A stretch of DNA of 32,000 nt, from positions 3,570,001 to 3,602,000 of the forward strand of contig NC_008312.1 in NCBI RefSeq assembly GCF_000014265.1. The letters run 5' to 3'. The position numbers and the translations under genes were made by a program. The DNA is from Trichodesmium erythraeum IMS101. GTDB lineage: Bacteria > Cyanobacteriota > Cyanobacteriia > Cyanobacteriales > Microcoleaceae. Positions 21,690 through 30,514 of this stretch are shown one piece after another. Each line of letters opens with the position of its first letter. Within the stretch, counting starts at the first letter, position 1. The notes below the pieces were generated by a model that was not told the origin of the DNA, made no database searches, and saw only the letters and a list, made by a program, of their open reading frames with translations.

Positions 21690-22478
21690 ATGGTGACTGC
21701 AACAGAAGAAGGTATTTTTATTGGTACTACAGTTGATCTTTTTAGGCCACTTCTGAATAATACTAAAGGTAATACTAGTGAAGGTTCTGGGGGTTCGTTC
21801 AAACTCCTAACAGATGAAGATGATGAGACCATTGGTTCAGCAGGATCAGATTCAATTAGCGGACTTAAGGGTAGAGACTCTATAGACGGCAGAGGTGGAA
21901 GAGATATAATTTATGGCAACGAGGGTAGTGATACACTTTTGGGAAGAAGCGGCGATGATTCCCTATTTGGTAATCAAGGAAAGGATTCTTTGTTAGGGAA
22001 TGAGGACCAAGATATATTGTGGGGTGGTAAAGATAATGACTTTTTAGATGGAGATGATGATCAAGACACACTTTATGGAAATAGGGGGAATGATACTCTT
22101 TTTGGCAGTTTAGATGATGATTGTTTATACGGTGGTAAAGGTGATGACTGCTTAGTTGGAAGCGAAGGTAATGACACTCTAGCAGGCGATCGCGACTCTG
22201 ACACTTTAATAGGAGGTATTGGAAAAGATTTATTCATTATTTCTAAAAGTACAGGTGGCCTGAGTGAATCAGAAGCAGATATTATTAATGATTATAATAC
22301 TGATCAACGTGATAGAATTGGATTAATTGATAGTTTGAGACGTAGTGACCTGGATTTTTTGGACACAATAGTTGGTGAAAGAAATGGAACAGTTATTCGG
22401 TTGAGGAATGACCCAGAAGATTTTCTGGCAATAGTTATTGGAGTCGATGAAGAGGACCTTGACTTCATAACTATCTGA
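21690..22478 (+). CDS. Hemolysin-type calcium-binding (RTX) repeat protein
   Basis: It has more than ten consecutive nonapeptide repeats of the GxxGxDxLx type (GNEGSDTLLGRSGDDSLFGNQGKDSLLGNEDQDILWGGKDNDFLDG...). It also has the usual C-terminal DLFII...DRIGL tail. Confidence 0.8.
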   Translation: MVTATEEGIFIGTTVDLFRPLLNNTKGNTSEGSGGSFKLLTDEDDETIGSAGSDSISGLKGRDSIDGRGGRDIIYGNEGSDTLLGRSGDDSLFGNQGKDSLLGNEDQDILWGGKDNDFLDGDDDQDTLYGNRGNDTLFGSLDDDCLYGGKGDDCLVGSEGNDTLAGDRDSDTLIGGIGKDLFIISKSTGGLSESEADIINDYNTDQRDRIGLIDSLRRSDLDFLDTIVGERNGTVIRLRNDPEDFLAIVIGVDEEDLDFITI

Positions 22479-22520
22479 GACAACATGATCACAAAAGATT
22501 AAGTTTGAAATAACAATATA

Positions 22521-23426
22521 ATGCAAGGATTTCTCAATCTTAACAAACCATCGGGCATGACTTCCCATGACTGTGTAGCAAAAGTACGAAAGCTACTACG
22601 TCTCAAGCGTGTTGGACATGGAGGAACTCTTGACCCTGCTGCTACTGGTGTTTTACCTATTGCAGTGGGAAAAGCAACCAGGTTATTACAGTTTCTACCT
22701 TCAGAAAAAGCTTATTTTGGTACAGTTAAATTTGGTATAATTACTACTACTGATGACTTAGAGGGAGAAATTGTTCAATCTGCACCAGTACCAGAATTAA
22801 TGTTGTCTGATATTGAAAAAGTATTACCAAATTTCCTAGGTAAAATAGAGCAAGTGCCACCTAGTTATAGTGCAATACAGGTAGAAGGAAAGCGACTTTA
22901 TGATTTAGCGCGTCAGGGAAAAACAGTTGAGGTTCCTACCCGTATTGTTGAAGTGTTTAATATAAAAATTCTTGACTGGCGAAGTGGAGATTTTCCAGAA
23001 GTAGACTTGGCGATCGCTTGTGGTACAGGAACTTATATTCGAGCGATCGCTCGCGATCTAGGTAGAACTTTAAGTATTGGCGGAACTTTAGCTGCTTTAA
23101 CCAGAATAGAAAGTAGTGGTTTTTCTGAGGAAAATAGTCTCACTTTTGCAGAAGTGGAAAATCAACTACAGGAAAATAAGTTTAGTCTTTTATCTATAGA
23201 AATAGCATTGGCACATTTACCAGTGATAGTCTTAATTACTGAAGATGCAAAAAGATGGTGTCAAGGTCAACGTTTACCCTATCAAGTAAAATGGCAGATA
23301 GAAACTAAAAAAGCTGAGCACTATTTCCGAGTATACAATTATAAAGGTGACTTTCTAGGTATTGGGCAGTTAATCAAATCTGAAGAAAATTTATTATTAG
23401 CACCTCAAGTTGTAATTAGTAATTAG
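22521..23426 (+). CDS. truB: tRNA pseudouridine(55) synthase
   Basis: It has [13 protein letters not shown] and the catalytic-Asp motif [27 protein letters not shown]-like C-terminus is present. Confidence 0.92.
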
Positions 23427-23742
23427 AGTCGCTTTGGAATTGATAAGGTATAAAGTTTTACGAGTTTAGGAGTTTAGAGAATAAGTAATATTAAACATGG
23501 TAGCGTTAGTATAATTCCATATAGAGAAGTAATAAGTTGAAATTCTAGAAACGAGCAAGCTTTTATCCCTACTGAGGATAGGAATTATATTACTCCGAAG
23601 GCAACAGATTTGATATAATAGATATCCCCAAAAATACTCAAATGTATAGTCCAGATAGTATTTTCCAAATCGGACTTGTTTAAGAAGCAGGGGGGTGAAG
23701 ATAGAACATATCTACTATACCATCATTTTTTATACTAAATTT

Positions 23743-24240
23743 ATAAATATGATTATACTAATTTGACAAACTTAAAGCTTCACTTTTCGAAGTAATCTAT
23801 CAAGTTTGAAAGCAAATCTGTTAAGTAATGTGCAATGTTACTTTATAAAGTTAGTATAACTGTAATACCTTGAAATCAAAGAAAAAATCCAAAACCTAGG
23901 CAGTGCAATATTTATCAACACTAATTTAAATACTAATTTTATAAATATGCTCAATACAAATGTATAATCTAACTTCAGAAAATTGGTATAATTGCAATAC
24001 CCTGAACTCGAAGAAAGAATCCAAAACTTAGGCCGTGCAATATTTATCAATACTAATTTAAATACTGATTTTATAAATATACTTAATACGAATTTGATAA
24101 ACTTAAAACTTCACTTATCTAAAGTAACCCCTAAAGCTTGAAAGCCAAGATATCAAATTATGTGTAGTCTGACTTTAGGAAATTAATTGGTATAATCGCA
24201 ATCATGGGAACCGGAAGAAAAAATCTAATACTGAGGGAGT
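23743..24240 (+). repeat. Three variable-length tandem units (starts 23743, 23931, 24063), each ending in a -10-like box
   Basis: The shared blocks are TACT(A/G)ATTTTATAAATAT..., ...AATCCAAAAC(C/T)TAGGC(A/C)GTGCAATATTTATCAA(C/T)ACTAATTTAAA, and TTAGTATAAC / TTGGTATAAT boxes at about 23851, 23984-23992 and 24188-24196. Confidence 0.75.
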
Positions 24241-24294
24241 ATATGGGTATCTTAAATCTTCCCAGACGAAATAAATATAATATAAATATAACAT

Positions 24295-24522
24295 AAAAGT
24301 TAATATTTTGTCCCAAAAGTAATATGAGAAAAATATGAACTTTAGAGATTACTATCAGCAAAAATCAAAGCTACAGTTAATACTGTAAGCGTTGCATAGC
24401 TAGAAAGTAAAAGTTAATATTTTATCCCAAAAGTAATATGAGAAAAGTATGAATTTTAGAGATTGCTATCAGCAAAAATCAAAGCTATAGTTTATATCGT
24501 AAGCGTTGTATAGCTAAAAGGT
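24295..24522 (+). repeat. Two tandem copies of a 114-bp unit
   Basis: AAAAGTTAATATTTTGTCCCAAAAGTAATATGAGAAAAATATGAAC...GCGTTGCATAGCTAGAAAGT (24295-24408) is repeated at 24409-24522 with a handful of substitutions. Confidence 0.85.
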
Positions 24523-24844
24523 AATGGTTAAATTTGCCCTTAACTGAAATTGTTTATCAATCAAACTTTTGGACAGATATCAGAATTATCCCTTAGTGAT
24601 GCAACGCTAAATTTCTAATTAATTGAGCTTTTAATGATTAGCTGTTCGGGCTTAGTAAGGTTATTTTTTATGATTTACCTAAGAAGTTATCCCTCCTATT
24701 CAACTATTCAGCAAACATGAAAATTTCTATCTGTAATAGGTCCATCTGTAATAAAGATCTGGCTTATTCATTGTTACAATAATCTGGTTTTTGTTTTAGG
24801 AAGTCCAAGAAAGCCCATTATTATAAATGACGTCGACTCTGTTC

Positions 24845-25706
24845 TTAGCAAAAAGGATCATTATAGAATTTCCGGTAGTGCGTCAGTAAAGTGTGGGATA
24901 AGTAATTAAGTCGTTCCAACTCCAAGGAGCGATCGCGTTCCTCAGCTCTTTGCGCAGCAGTATTTTCTTTGCGACTATGAACCCAAATCCAATTAAAGTA
25001 GGCCCTCGCCAACCTTATTGTTACATCAGTTTCTTGCCAGAGCTTGCCAAATTTATTCTGTCGGCGATGCCATCGACCGAGCTGCTGTCTGATAATTCCA
25101 TTTGTGCGTTCCAATTGCTGTATATAGTTTTTACCAATAATGTATTCTACTTCTGGAGCGAAAACTCGTTCATACCCTCCGCAATTATCAGTTAGCTATT
25201 TTTTACAGCTAGTTTTCCCTTCTGTGTTGAGGAGCAATTCTTCAATTAACTTATTTACCTACTCTAGTACTCAGAATTAATCCACTGGATGAAGGGTAGG
25301 CACTTGCCAACTCAAGAATTCCCTTCTGTCAATTCCTGATACTGGCACTGTTTTTATTTTTTTGGACCAATGACCAAAACTCATCACTGCTGATCTGTAA
25401 GGTATTGATATTCTGGAGATGAACATTATGAATCATGTGTCCTTTTTCACAGCTAGCTCTCACCAAACTAACTACCGTATTATCGGCCCAATTCAATGTT
25501 CGACTAATCCCTCTTAAACTACTGCCCTCAAAGTGAGCTGGTATTTCCATGGGCACTTGTTCAGGTTGAATTGTTCTACGATAGTAGAGAGTGTCAAAAG
25601 TATCGGTGAAAGTTTGTAGGCATTCAGGACAATAATATCGTTGACAACATTACTGGTCTTTACCATGTTTATGAGTTTTCTGATGGCCACATATAGGACA
25701 TTTCAT
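24845..25706 (-). pseudogene. IS1-family transposase (InsA zinc finger plus InsB-like DDE region), inactivated
   Basis: It reads MKCPICGHQKTHKHGKDQ*CCQRYYCPECLQTF, with an in-frame TAA at 25650-25652. It continues ...LQISSDEFWSLVQKNKN, then needs a +1 shift into KKIKTVPVSGIDRREFLSWQV, and further stops follow. The tail is LTDNCGGYERVF...LERTNGIIRQQLGRWHRRQNKF. Confidence 0.75.
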
Positions 25707-25771
25707 GATAATAGAAAGTATTTAAGGACAAGGATTATATTACCATTCCCACACTTTCTTGATGCACTACC
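24874..25771 (-). mobile_element. Decayed IS1-family insertion sequence (898 bp) with recognisable terminal inverted repeats
   Basis: One end reads GGTAGTGCGTCAGTAAAGTGTGGGA (24874-24898). The reverse complement of the other end reads GGTAGTGCATCAAGAAAGTGTGGGA (25747-25771). They match at 22/25 positions. The GGTAGTG tip resembles the IS1 GGTAATG/GGTGATG ends. I could see no target-site duplication. Confidence 0.75.
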
Positions 25772-25960
25772 AACTATTCTAGTAGAAATAGTAGGAGAAG
25801 TTGCATTTTAATTATAGTTGTCTGTTGTGGGAAGAATTAAAATGCTCAAAAGTTTACTATATAAGCTTTTCATGATTTGAAGCATAAAAACCGGTATAAA
25901 CCTAAACTGACAAAGGTTTTAGTTTTGTTTCTTTAATTACCAATAATTCTATTATTAATC

Positions 25961-26440
25961 CTAAAGCACAATAGTGATCGCATAAACTAAGTAAAATTAC
26001 TTAATGCCTAACGAGAGTCAGGTAAAATAACTGAATACCTACTAGAGCTTGCCTGAAACATACAATAGTATTGGATTATATGTATTCCAGGGAATAGCTG
26101 AGTTAGAAGCCATAAATTGCATTACAGCAGTGTTTTAAAGATAAATTAAGAAAGTAAACTTGTTAGTAAATTCTGATCCCGAAGTTATAACTAAGGAATC
26201 TATTATGAATCATAAAGCACAATAGTGATCGCATAAATTAAGTGAAATCACTGAGTACTTACTAGAATCTGCCTGAAAAAGGAAATATACTAAATAATAA
26301 GTATGTCCAATTAGGGAATAGCTGAGTTAGAAGCTATGATTTGCATGAGAGGAGTGTTTAAACATAACAGAGGAGAAATTAAGAAAGTAAACTTGTTGGT
26401 GAATTGTGATCCAGAAGCTCTAACTAACGAATAACTAGTA
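25961..26440 (+). repeat. Two roughly 250-bp tandem units distantly homologous to the inter-gvpA spacer
   Basis: The units start at 25961 and 26211 ((C/A)TAAAGCACAATAGTGATCGCATAAA...GGGAATAGCTGAGTTAGAAGC...AAGAAAGTAAACTTGTT). They are alignable by eye to 27950-28200 of the spacer (GAAATAGCACAAGGGTAAAAAC...GGAAGCTATGGAGTTTGAAAAC...). Confidence 0.5.
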
Positions 26441-26743
26441 ACTGGAGTATTATTAATGGCTTAATGAAAAATTAGTTTGAGTGAGCCACTGTCCCCCATT
26501 ATGCTTATTAATTTTTTTTATCTAACTTTAAAGATTTTTTCAAAGCAAAAGTAGTTGTCAGGATGAATCAAATAGTGTTATGGTAAATGTATGGTGAGAT
26601 ACAATAGTTGAGAAGATCAATAGGCTCCCATCATTATTTCAGAATCCCATTCTTTATTTATTAGGTTCAGGTTCTACTCAATAAGTAAACTTATAGTTAT
26701 CTTAAGTTTACTGTATATGTTTTTGACTTAGGCAGTTACAATT

Positions 26744-26980
26744 ATGGCAGTAAGCAGTAAGTAAAAAAAGTTGGATCATCTCCTTACCTAGCAGAAGTTA
26801 TAGTTCATATTATGACTAATAACTATAGATGTTTGGGTATGCGTGTCTTTAGTAGCTATTGAGTTACTGGCAATTGAAGCAATAATAGTGATAGTTCTAG
26901 TAAAAACTTACTTCCAGTATGCTGTAGTTGTTTTTTAGATACTCTAGCATAACTACCAGATCAGGAGAAACTGCAGCTTA
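26744..26980 (+). pseudogene. gvpA: gvpA pseudogene (array copy 1)
   Basis: ATGGCAGTAAGCAGTAAGTAA stops at codon 7. The rest is alignable at the DNA level to intact gvpA (...AGCAGAAGTTATAG...GATGTTTGGGTATGCGTGTCTTTAGTAGCTATTGAGTTACTGGCAATTGAAGCAATAATAGT...), with indels. Confidence 0.75.
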
Positions 26981-27439
26981 CATTAATCTCAAAGTCAAAT
27001 TTTTGGATATTTCAACATAGTATGAGGCAAAAAAGTAATCCCAGGAGTTAAGTGAAATTTCTGATAGCAAAAAAGCATATTTATTAGACAATTGTAGTCC
27101 ATAAGCTGTAATTACTCAAAAACTATTAACTGTAAGTGTGATTAATGGCAAATTATTTTAAGTCAGCCACTAGCTACCTACTTCTTATTGTTTAACTTTA
27201 ATATTTTTTAGTTAAAGCTGTTGTTATCAATGAACAGAATAATGTTAAGATTATGAATATTTAATTTTATATAAATACAAGAGTTAAAACTCTAAACAAA
27301 TAAATAGAATTATTTCAGCATTATGATACTTATTCAGGGTCTACTTCATTAGTAAACTTAAAACTAATTATAGTTTACTGTAGAAGCTTTTAATAGCTTT
27401 TAAATAGATGGTACTTCTAGCAAATCAGTAACTAAAAAT

Positions 27440-27628
27440 ATGGCATTAGAAAAAATTAATTCATATTCCCGTCTAGTCAAATTTGTAGATCCAATTCTAG
27501 ATAAAGAAGCAGTGATAGATGCTTGGGTACGTGTTTCTGTAGTAGGTATTGAGTTACTGGCAATAGCAATAAGTTCAACACAAATTAAGTTAAAATTGAA
27601 GAATGTTGTTGAGAAAAAATATCAATAA
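27440..27628 (+). pseudogene. gvpA: Diverged, C-terminally frameshifted gvpA (array copy 2). The 62-aa ORF is retained but is probably non-functional.
   Basis: [42 protein letters not shown] aligns to GvpA residues 1-42. A deletion then replaces the conserved [19 protein letters not shown] with unrelated [19 protein letters not shown]. Confidence 0.6.
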
Positions 27629-27676
27629 GTTAAATATTTTTAGCATTATCAGTAATGTTTATCAGGGTTGACTTCC

Positions 27677-27927
27677 TTTTAGACAAAGGTGTAATTGTAG
27701 ATGCTTGGGTACGTCTTTCTTTAGTAGTTATTGAGCTACTAACAATTGAAGCAAAAATAGTTATTGCATCAGTAGAAGCTTACCTAAAGTATTCAGAAGC
27801 ATTTTGTTTTAACTACTAACAATTGAAGCAAAAATAGTTATTGCATCAGTAGAAGCTTACCTAAAGTATTCAGAAGCATTTTGTTTTAACTACTTTAGCA
27901 GCAGCAACAGGAAAAACAGCAGCTTAA
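27677..27927 (+). pseudogene. gvpA: 5'-truncated gvpA with an internal 77-bp tandem duplication (array copy 3)
   Basis: It begins at the LDKGV codons with no start codon. The segment 27736-27812 is repeated at 27813-27889, which shifts the frame. It ends with GCAGCTTAA and the same downstream hairpin as the intact copies. Confidence 0.8.
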
Positions 27928-28280
27928 TTTATCTGTTGAGATAAGTTTTGGCTTTTGAAGAAATAGCACAAGGGTAAAAACAGGAATGAACTAAAATTAC
28001 TGTTGCCCAATAAATTACCCAAAAAAGAAAAACTTTAAAGGTTAATTTGTGCTGTGAGATAATAGTTGCTAAGGGAAGCTATGGAGTTTGAAAACAGTAT
28101 TGGTACTGTTGACAAATAGTACAGCAGGAACATGAAGAAACTGCAGGCAAATGTTGAAGCAGTAGTTGTAACTACGAAACAATTGCTGAGTTAGTGGCTT
28201 TAGTGTTCTTACTGGTAGATTAGTGTTTCTCTTAACATATTGTGCTCTAATTAATATTTCTAAAAAATTCCGAAAGGTAG

Positions 28281-28309
28281 TTGCAAATTAATTGAGATCA
28301 TGTTAATCT
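28281..28309 (+). promoter_or_regulatory. Candidate promoter for gvpA copy 4, overlapping an inverted repeat
   Basis: TTGCAA (28281-28286), a 17-nt spacer, then TAATCT (28304-28309), about 170 nt upstream of the ATG. TGAGAT-7 nt-ATCTCA spans the spacer and the -10 box. Confidence 0.35.
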
Positions 28310-28478
28310 CATATCAGAGTTAAAAAGCTCAACAAATAAAATCACCTCAGCATCATAATATTTACTAAGTTCTAATTAAAAGTAAGCTGTTATTAATTAA
28401 TAGTTTGCCTAATTAACTGTGTAGAATATGAATCCAATGGTGTTCGTAGAAAATAGTAAAAAGTAAGGAATCAAAATC

Positions 28479-28706
28479 ATGGCAGTAGAAAAAGTTAACT
28501 CATCTTCCAGTCTAGCAGAAGTTATAGATCGCATTTTAGACAAAGGTGTAGTTGTAGATGCTTGGATACGTCTTTCTTTAGTAGGTATTGAGCTACTAAC
28601 AATTGAAGCAAGAATAGTTGTTGCATCAGTAGAAACTTACCTAAAGTACGCAGAAGCAGTTGGTTTAACTACTTTAGCAGCAGCACCAGGAGAAGCAGCA
28701 GCTTAA
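28479..28706 (+). CDS. gvpA: Gas vesicle structural protein GvpA (75 aa)
   Basis: [64 protein letters not shown]... is near-identical to remembered cyanobacterial GvpA. An AAGGA RBS lies at 28465-28469. Confidence 0.95.
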   Translation: MAVEKVNSSSSLAEVIDRILDKGVVVDAWIRLSLVGIELLTIEARIVVASVETYLKYAEAVGLTTLAAAPGEAAA

Positions 28707-28730
28707 TTTATCTGTTGAGATAAGTTTTGG
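28705..28730 (+). terminator. Weak AT-rich hairpin overlapping the gvpA stop codon (attenuator or terminator candidate)
   Basis: AATTTATCT (28705-28713), loop GTTG, AGATAAGTT (28718-26), followed by TTGGCTTTTG. The same element follows copy 3, at 27926-27947. Confidence 0.35.
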
Positions 28731-29047
28731 CTTTTGAAGAAATAGCACAAGGGTAAAAACAGGAATGAACTGAAATTACTGTTTCCCAATAAGTTACCAA
28801 AAAAAATTAAAGGTAAATTTGTGCTGTGAGATAATAGTTGTTAAGGAAAGCTATGGAGTTTGAAAACAGTATTAGCACTGTTGACAAATAGCACAGCAAG
28901 AGGATGCAGAAACTACAGGCAAATGTTGAAGTAGTAGTTGTAACTAACAATTGTTGAGTTAGTGACTCAAGTTTTCTTACTGGTAAATTAGTGTTCCTCT
29001 TACATATTGTTCTCTAGTTAATATTTCTAAAAAATCCCCAAAAGTAG

Positions 29048-29076
29048 TTGCAAATCAATTGATATCATGTTACTCT
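29048..29076 (+). promoter_or_regulatory. Candidate promoter for gvpA copy 5
   Basis: TTGCAA (29048-29053), a 17-nt spacer, then TACTCT (29071-29076). The palindrome TGATATCA occurs twice across the spacer and downstream. Its position is equivalent to 28281-28309. Confidence 0.35.
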
Positions 29077-29248
29077 GATATCATAGTTAAAAACTCAACA
29101 AATTAAATCACCTCAGCATCATAATATTTACTAAGTTCTAATTAACAGTAAGTTATTAATTATCAATAAATAGTTTGCTTAATTAACTGTGTAAAACATG
29201 AAGTAAGTGGTGTTTGTAGAAAATAGTAAAAAGTAAGGAATCAAAATC

Positions 29249-29467
29249 ATGGCAGTAGAAAAAGTTAACTCATCTTCCAGTCTAGCAGAAGTTATAGATC
29301 GTATTTTAGACAAAGGTGTGGTTGTAGATGCTTGGGTACGTCTTTCTTTAGTAGGTATTGAGCTACTAACAATTGAAGCAAGAATAGTTATTGCATCAGT
29401 AGAGACTTACCTAAAGTATGCAGAAGCAGTTGGTTTAACTACTTTAGCAGCAGAACCAGCAGCTTAA
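29249..29467 (+). CDS. gvpA: Gas vesicle structural protein GvpA (72 aa)
   Basis: [72 protein letters not shown]. It has the same RBS context as copy 4 and lies exactly 770 bp downstream of it. Confidence 0.95.
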   Translation: MAVEKVNSSSSLAEVIDRILDKGVVVDAWVRLSLVGIELLTIEARIVIASVETYLKYAEAVGLTTLAAEPAA

Positions 29468-29491
29468 TTTATCTTTTGAGATAAGTTTTTT
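29466..29491 (+). terminator. Hairpin plus T6 run after the last intact gvpA
   Basis: AATTTATCT, loop TTTG, AGATAAGTT, followed by TTTT (T-run 29486-29491). The T tract is longer than after copies 3 and 4. Confidence 0.45.
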
Positions 29492-29636
29492 GAAGTGAGA
29501 ATAGCTCTACTTTACTAGAGACTTAGCGAAAGTATAGAAACTTGCCTCAAGTATTTTGAAATATTTAGTTTGAGGTATCTAGCCACAGTATGTAGGAAAG
29601 GTTAATTCTTAAACGTTACCTACTGCTGTAGCTTAA
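29492..29636 (+). pseudogene. gvpA: Eroded 3' fragment of a further gvpA copy
   Basis: GAAGTGAGAATAGCTCTACTTTACTAGAGACTTAGCGAAAGTATAGAAAC... and ...CCTACTGCTGTAGCTTAA align by eye to GAAGCAAGAATAGTTATTGCATCAGTAGAGACTTACCTAAAGTATGCAGAAGC...GCAGCTTAA. Confidence 0.45.
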
Positions 29637-30357
29637 TTAATTGATATATAATAGAAATTAGGCAACAACTATATATATTTAGTGTATGCCAGGTTGTTAT
29701 CTAAAGCGTTTATAATATATTTATCTCCGTTGCTTAAATTCTAAATTTGAATGCGAATTGGTTAATATATTGGTATAAAGTTTTTATGTCTCTTAAAAGA
29801 ATTTGGTTAATAAGGAAGAAGCGGGCGATTAAGTGAGATAGCTCTTAGAAAGTAAACAGTTAGCCAAACGATAGAAAAATATCAAAATTAACGGAAATGA
29901 ATGTCCGACAGTCTTGAAAAAGGATTGAAAGATTTTGGAAGTAATCTTCATTAAACAGGTCTAGAAGAAAGAAAAAACAGGTCTAGAAGAAAGAAAGAAA
30001 AGGCAAACAGAAATTACTGAACGCCAAGAAGAGGTTGCTCAAAAAAGAAAACCAAGTCAAAGTGATATGATTTTAATAAGTAGTCAAAACACTATGACTT
30101 TGCAAGAGTTTACGAGTAATCTTCGTCAAAGAGGTAAAGAAAAAAACAGCAAAGGCAAATACAAATTGCTGAAGGTAGATAATATGTTTGGGATTATTCA
30201 ACTAAAGATACTAATGGTGAGATAGAAGGACCGATAGCTTAATATAGTATTGACAGTTAACATCAAGATTCTGACTATCACAATTAATGATATTAGGAGT
30301 ATGATCATACGAACATTAGGATAGATAAACTAATAGGGTTAAATTCAGAATTTATTG

Positions 30358-30470
30358 GGGCGGTGCAGATAATATAGTATGGAATAAGTAATTAAGTTTT
30401 TCCAACGGGTAACTCTTAATTTTTTCAGTTGTACTTCCTTGATTTCTTTTACTAACTTTACTACTTTATT
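30358..30470 (+). mobile_element. Solo relic of the IS1-like element end (same orientation as the 24874 end)
   Basis: GGCGGTGCAGATAATATAGTATGGAATAAGTAATTAAGTTTTTCCAAC aligns with the IS end GGTAGTGCGTCAGTAAAGTGTGGGATAAGTAATTAAGTCGTTCCAAC. Weaker similarity continues for about 60 nt. Confidence 0.55.
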
Positions 30471-30514
30471 GTATCTGCTGCTGTTACTTAATTAATAATA
30501 AGGCACAGGTTTTT

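Noticed and set aside
21880-22568. Track ORFs 21880..22071, 22304..22492 and 22323..22568 (-)
   Set aside because: They are antisense to the RTX protein and the truB start region. They have no motifs, and the last one overlaps two convergently arranged real genes implausibly.
23838-24361. Track ORFs 23838..24050 and 24158..24361 (-)
   Set aside because: Their sequences are internally repetitive (INIARPKFWILS / INIALPRFWIFS) only because they translate the DNA tandem repeats. The composition is non-protein-like.
24950-25195. Track ORF 24950..25195 (+)
   Set aside because: It is antisense to the recognisable IS1-type transposase tail (ERTNGIIRQQLGRWHRRQNKF).
25329-25370. Programmed -1 ribosomal frameshift at the A7 run (CAAAAAAATAAAAAC on the minus strand) of the IS1-like element, by analogy with the IS1 A6C site
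   Set aside because: By my reading, a -1 slip runs straight into TAA, and the continuing transposase-like frame is +1. Together with the in-frame TAA in the zinc finger and later stops, decay is the simpler explanation.
27440-27628. Calling 27440..27628 a third functional gvpA
   Set aside because: Only residues 1-42 align to GvpA. The conserved C-terminal half is replaced by frameshifted sequence, and the N-terminal half carries many non-conservative changes relative to the two intact copies.
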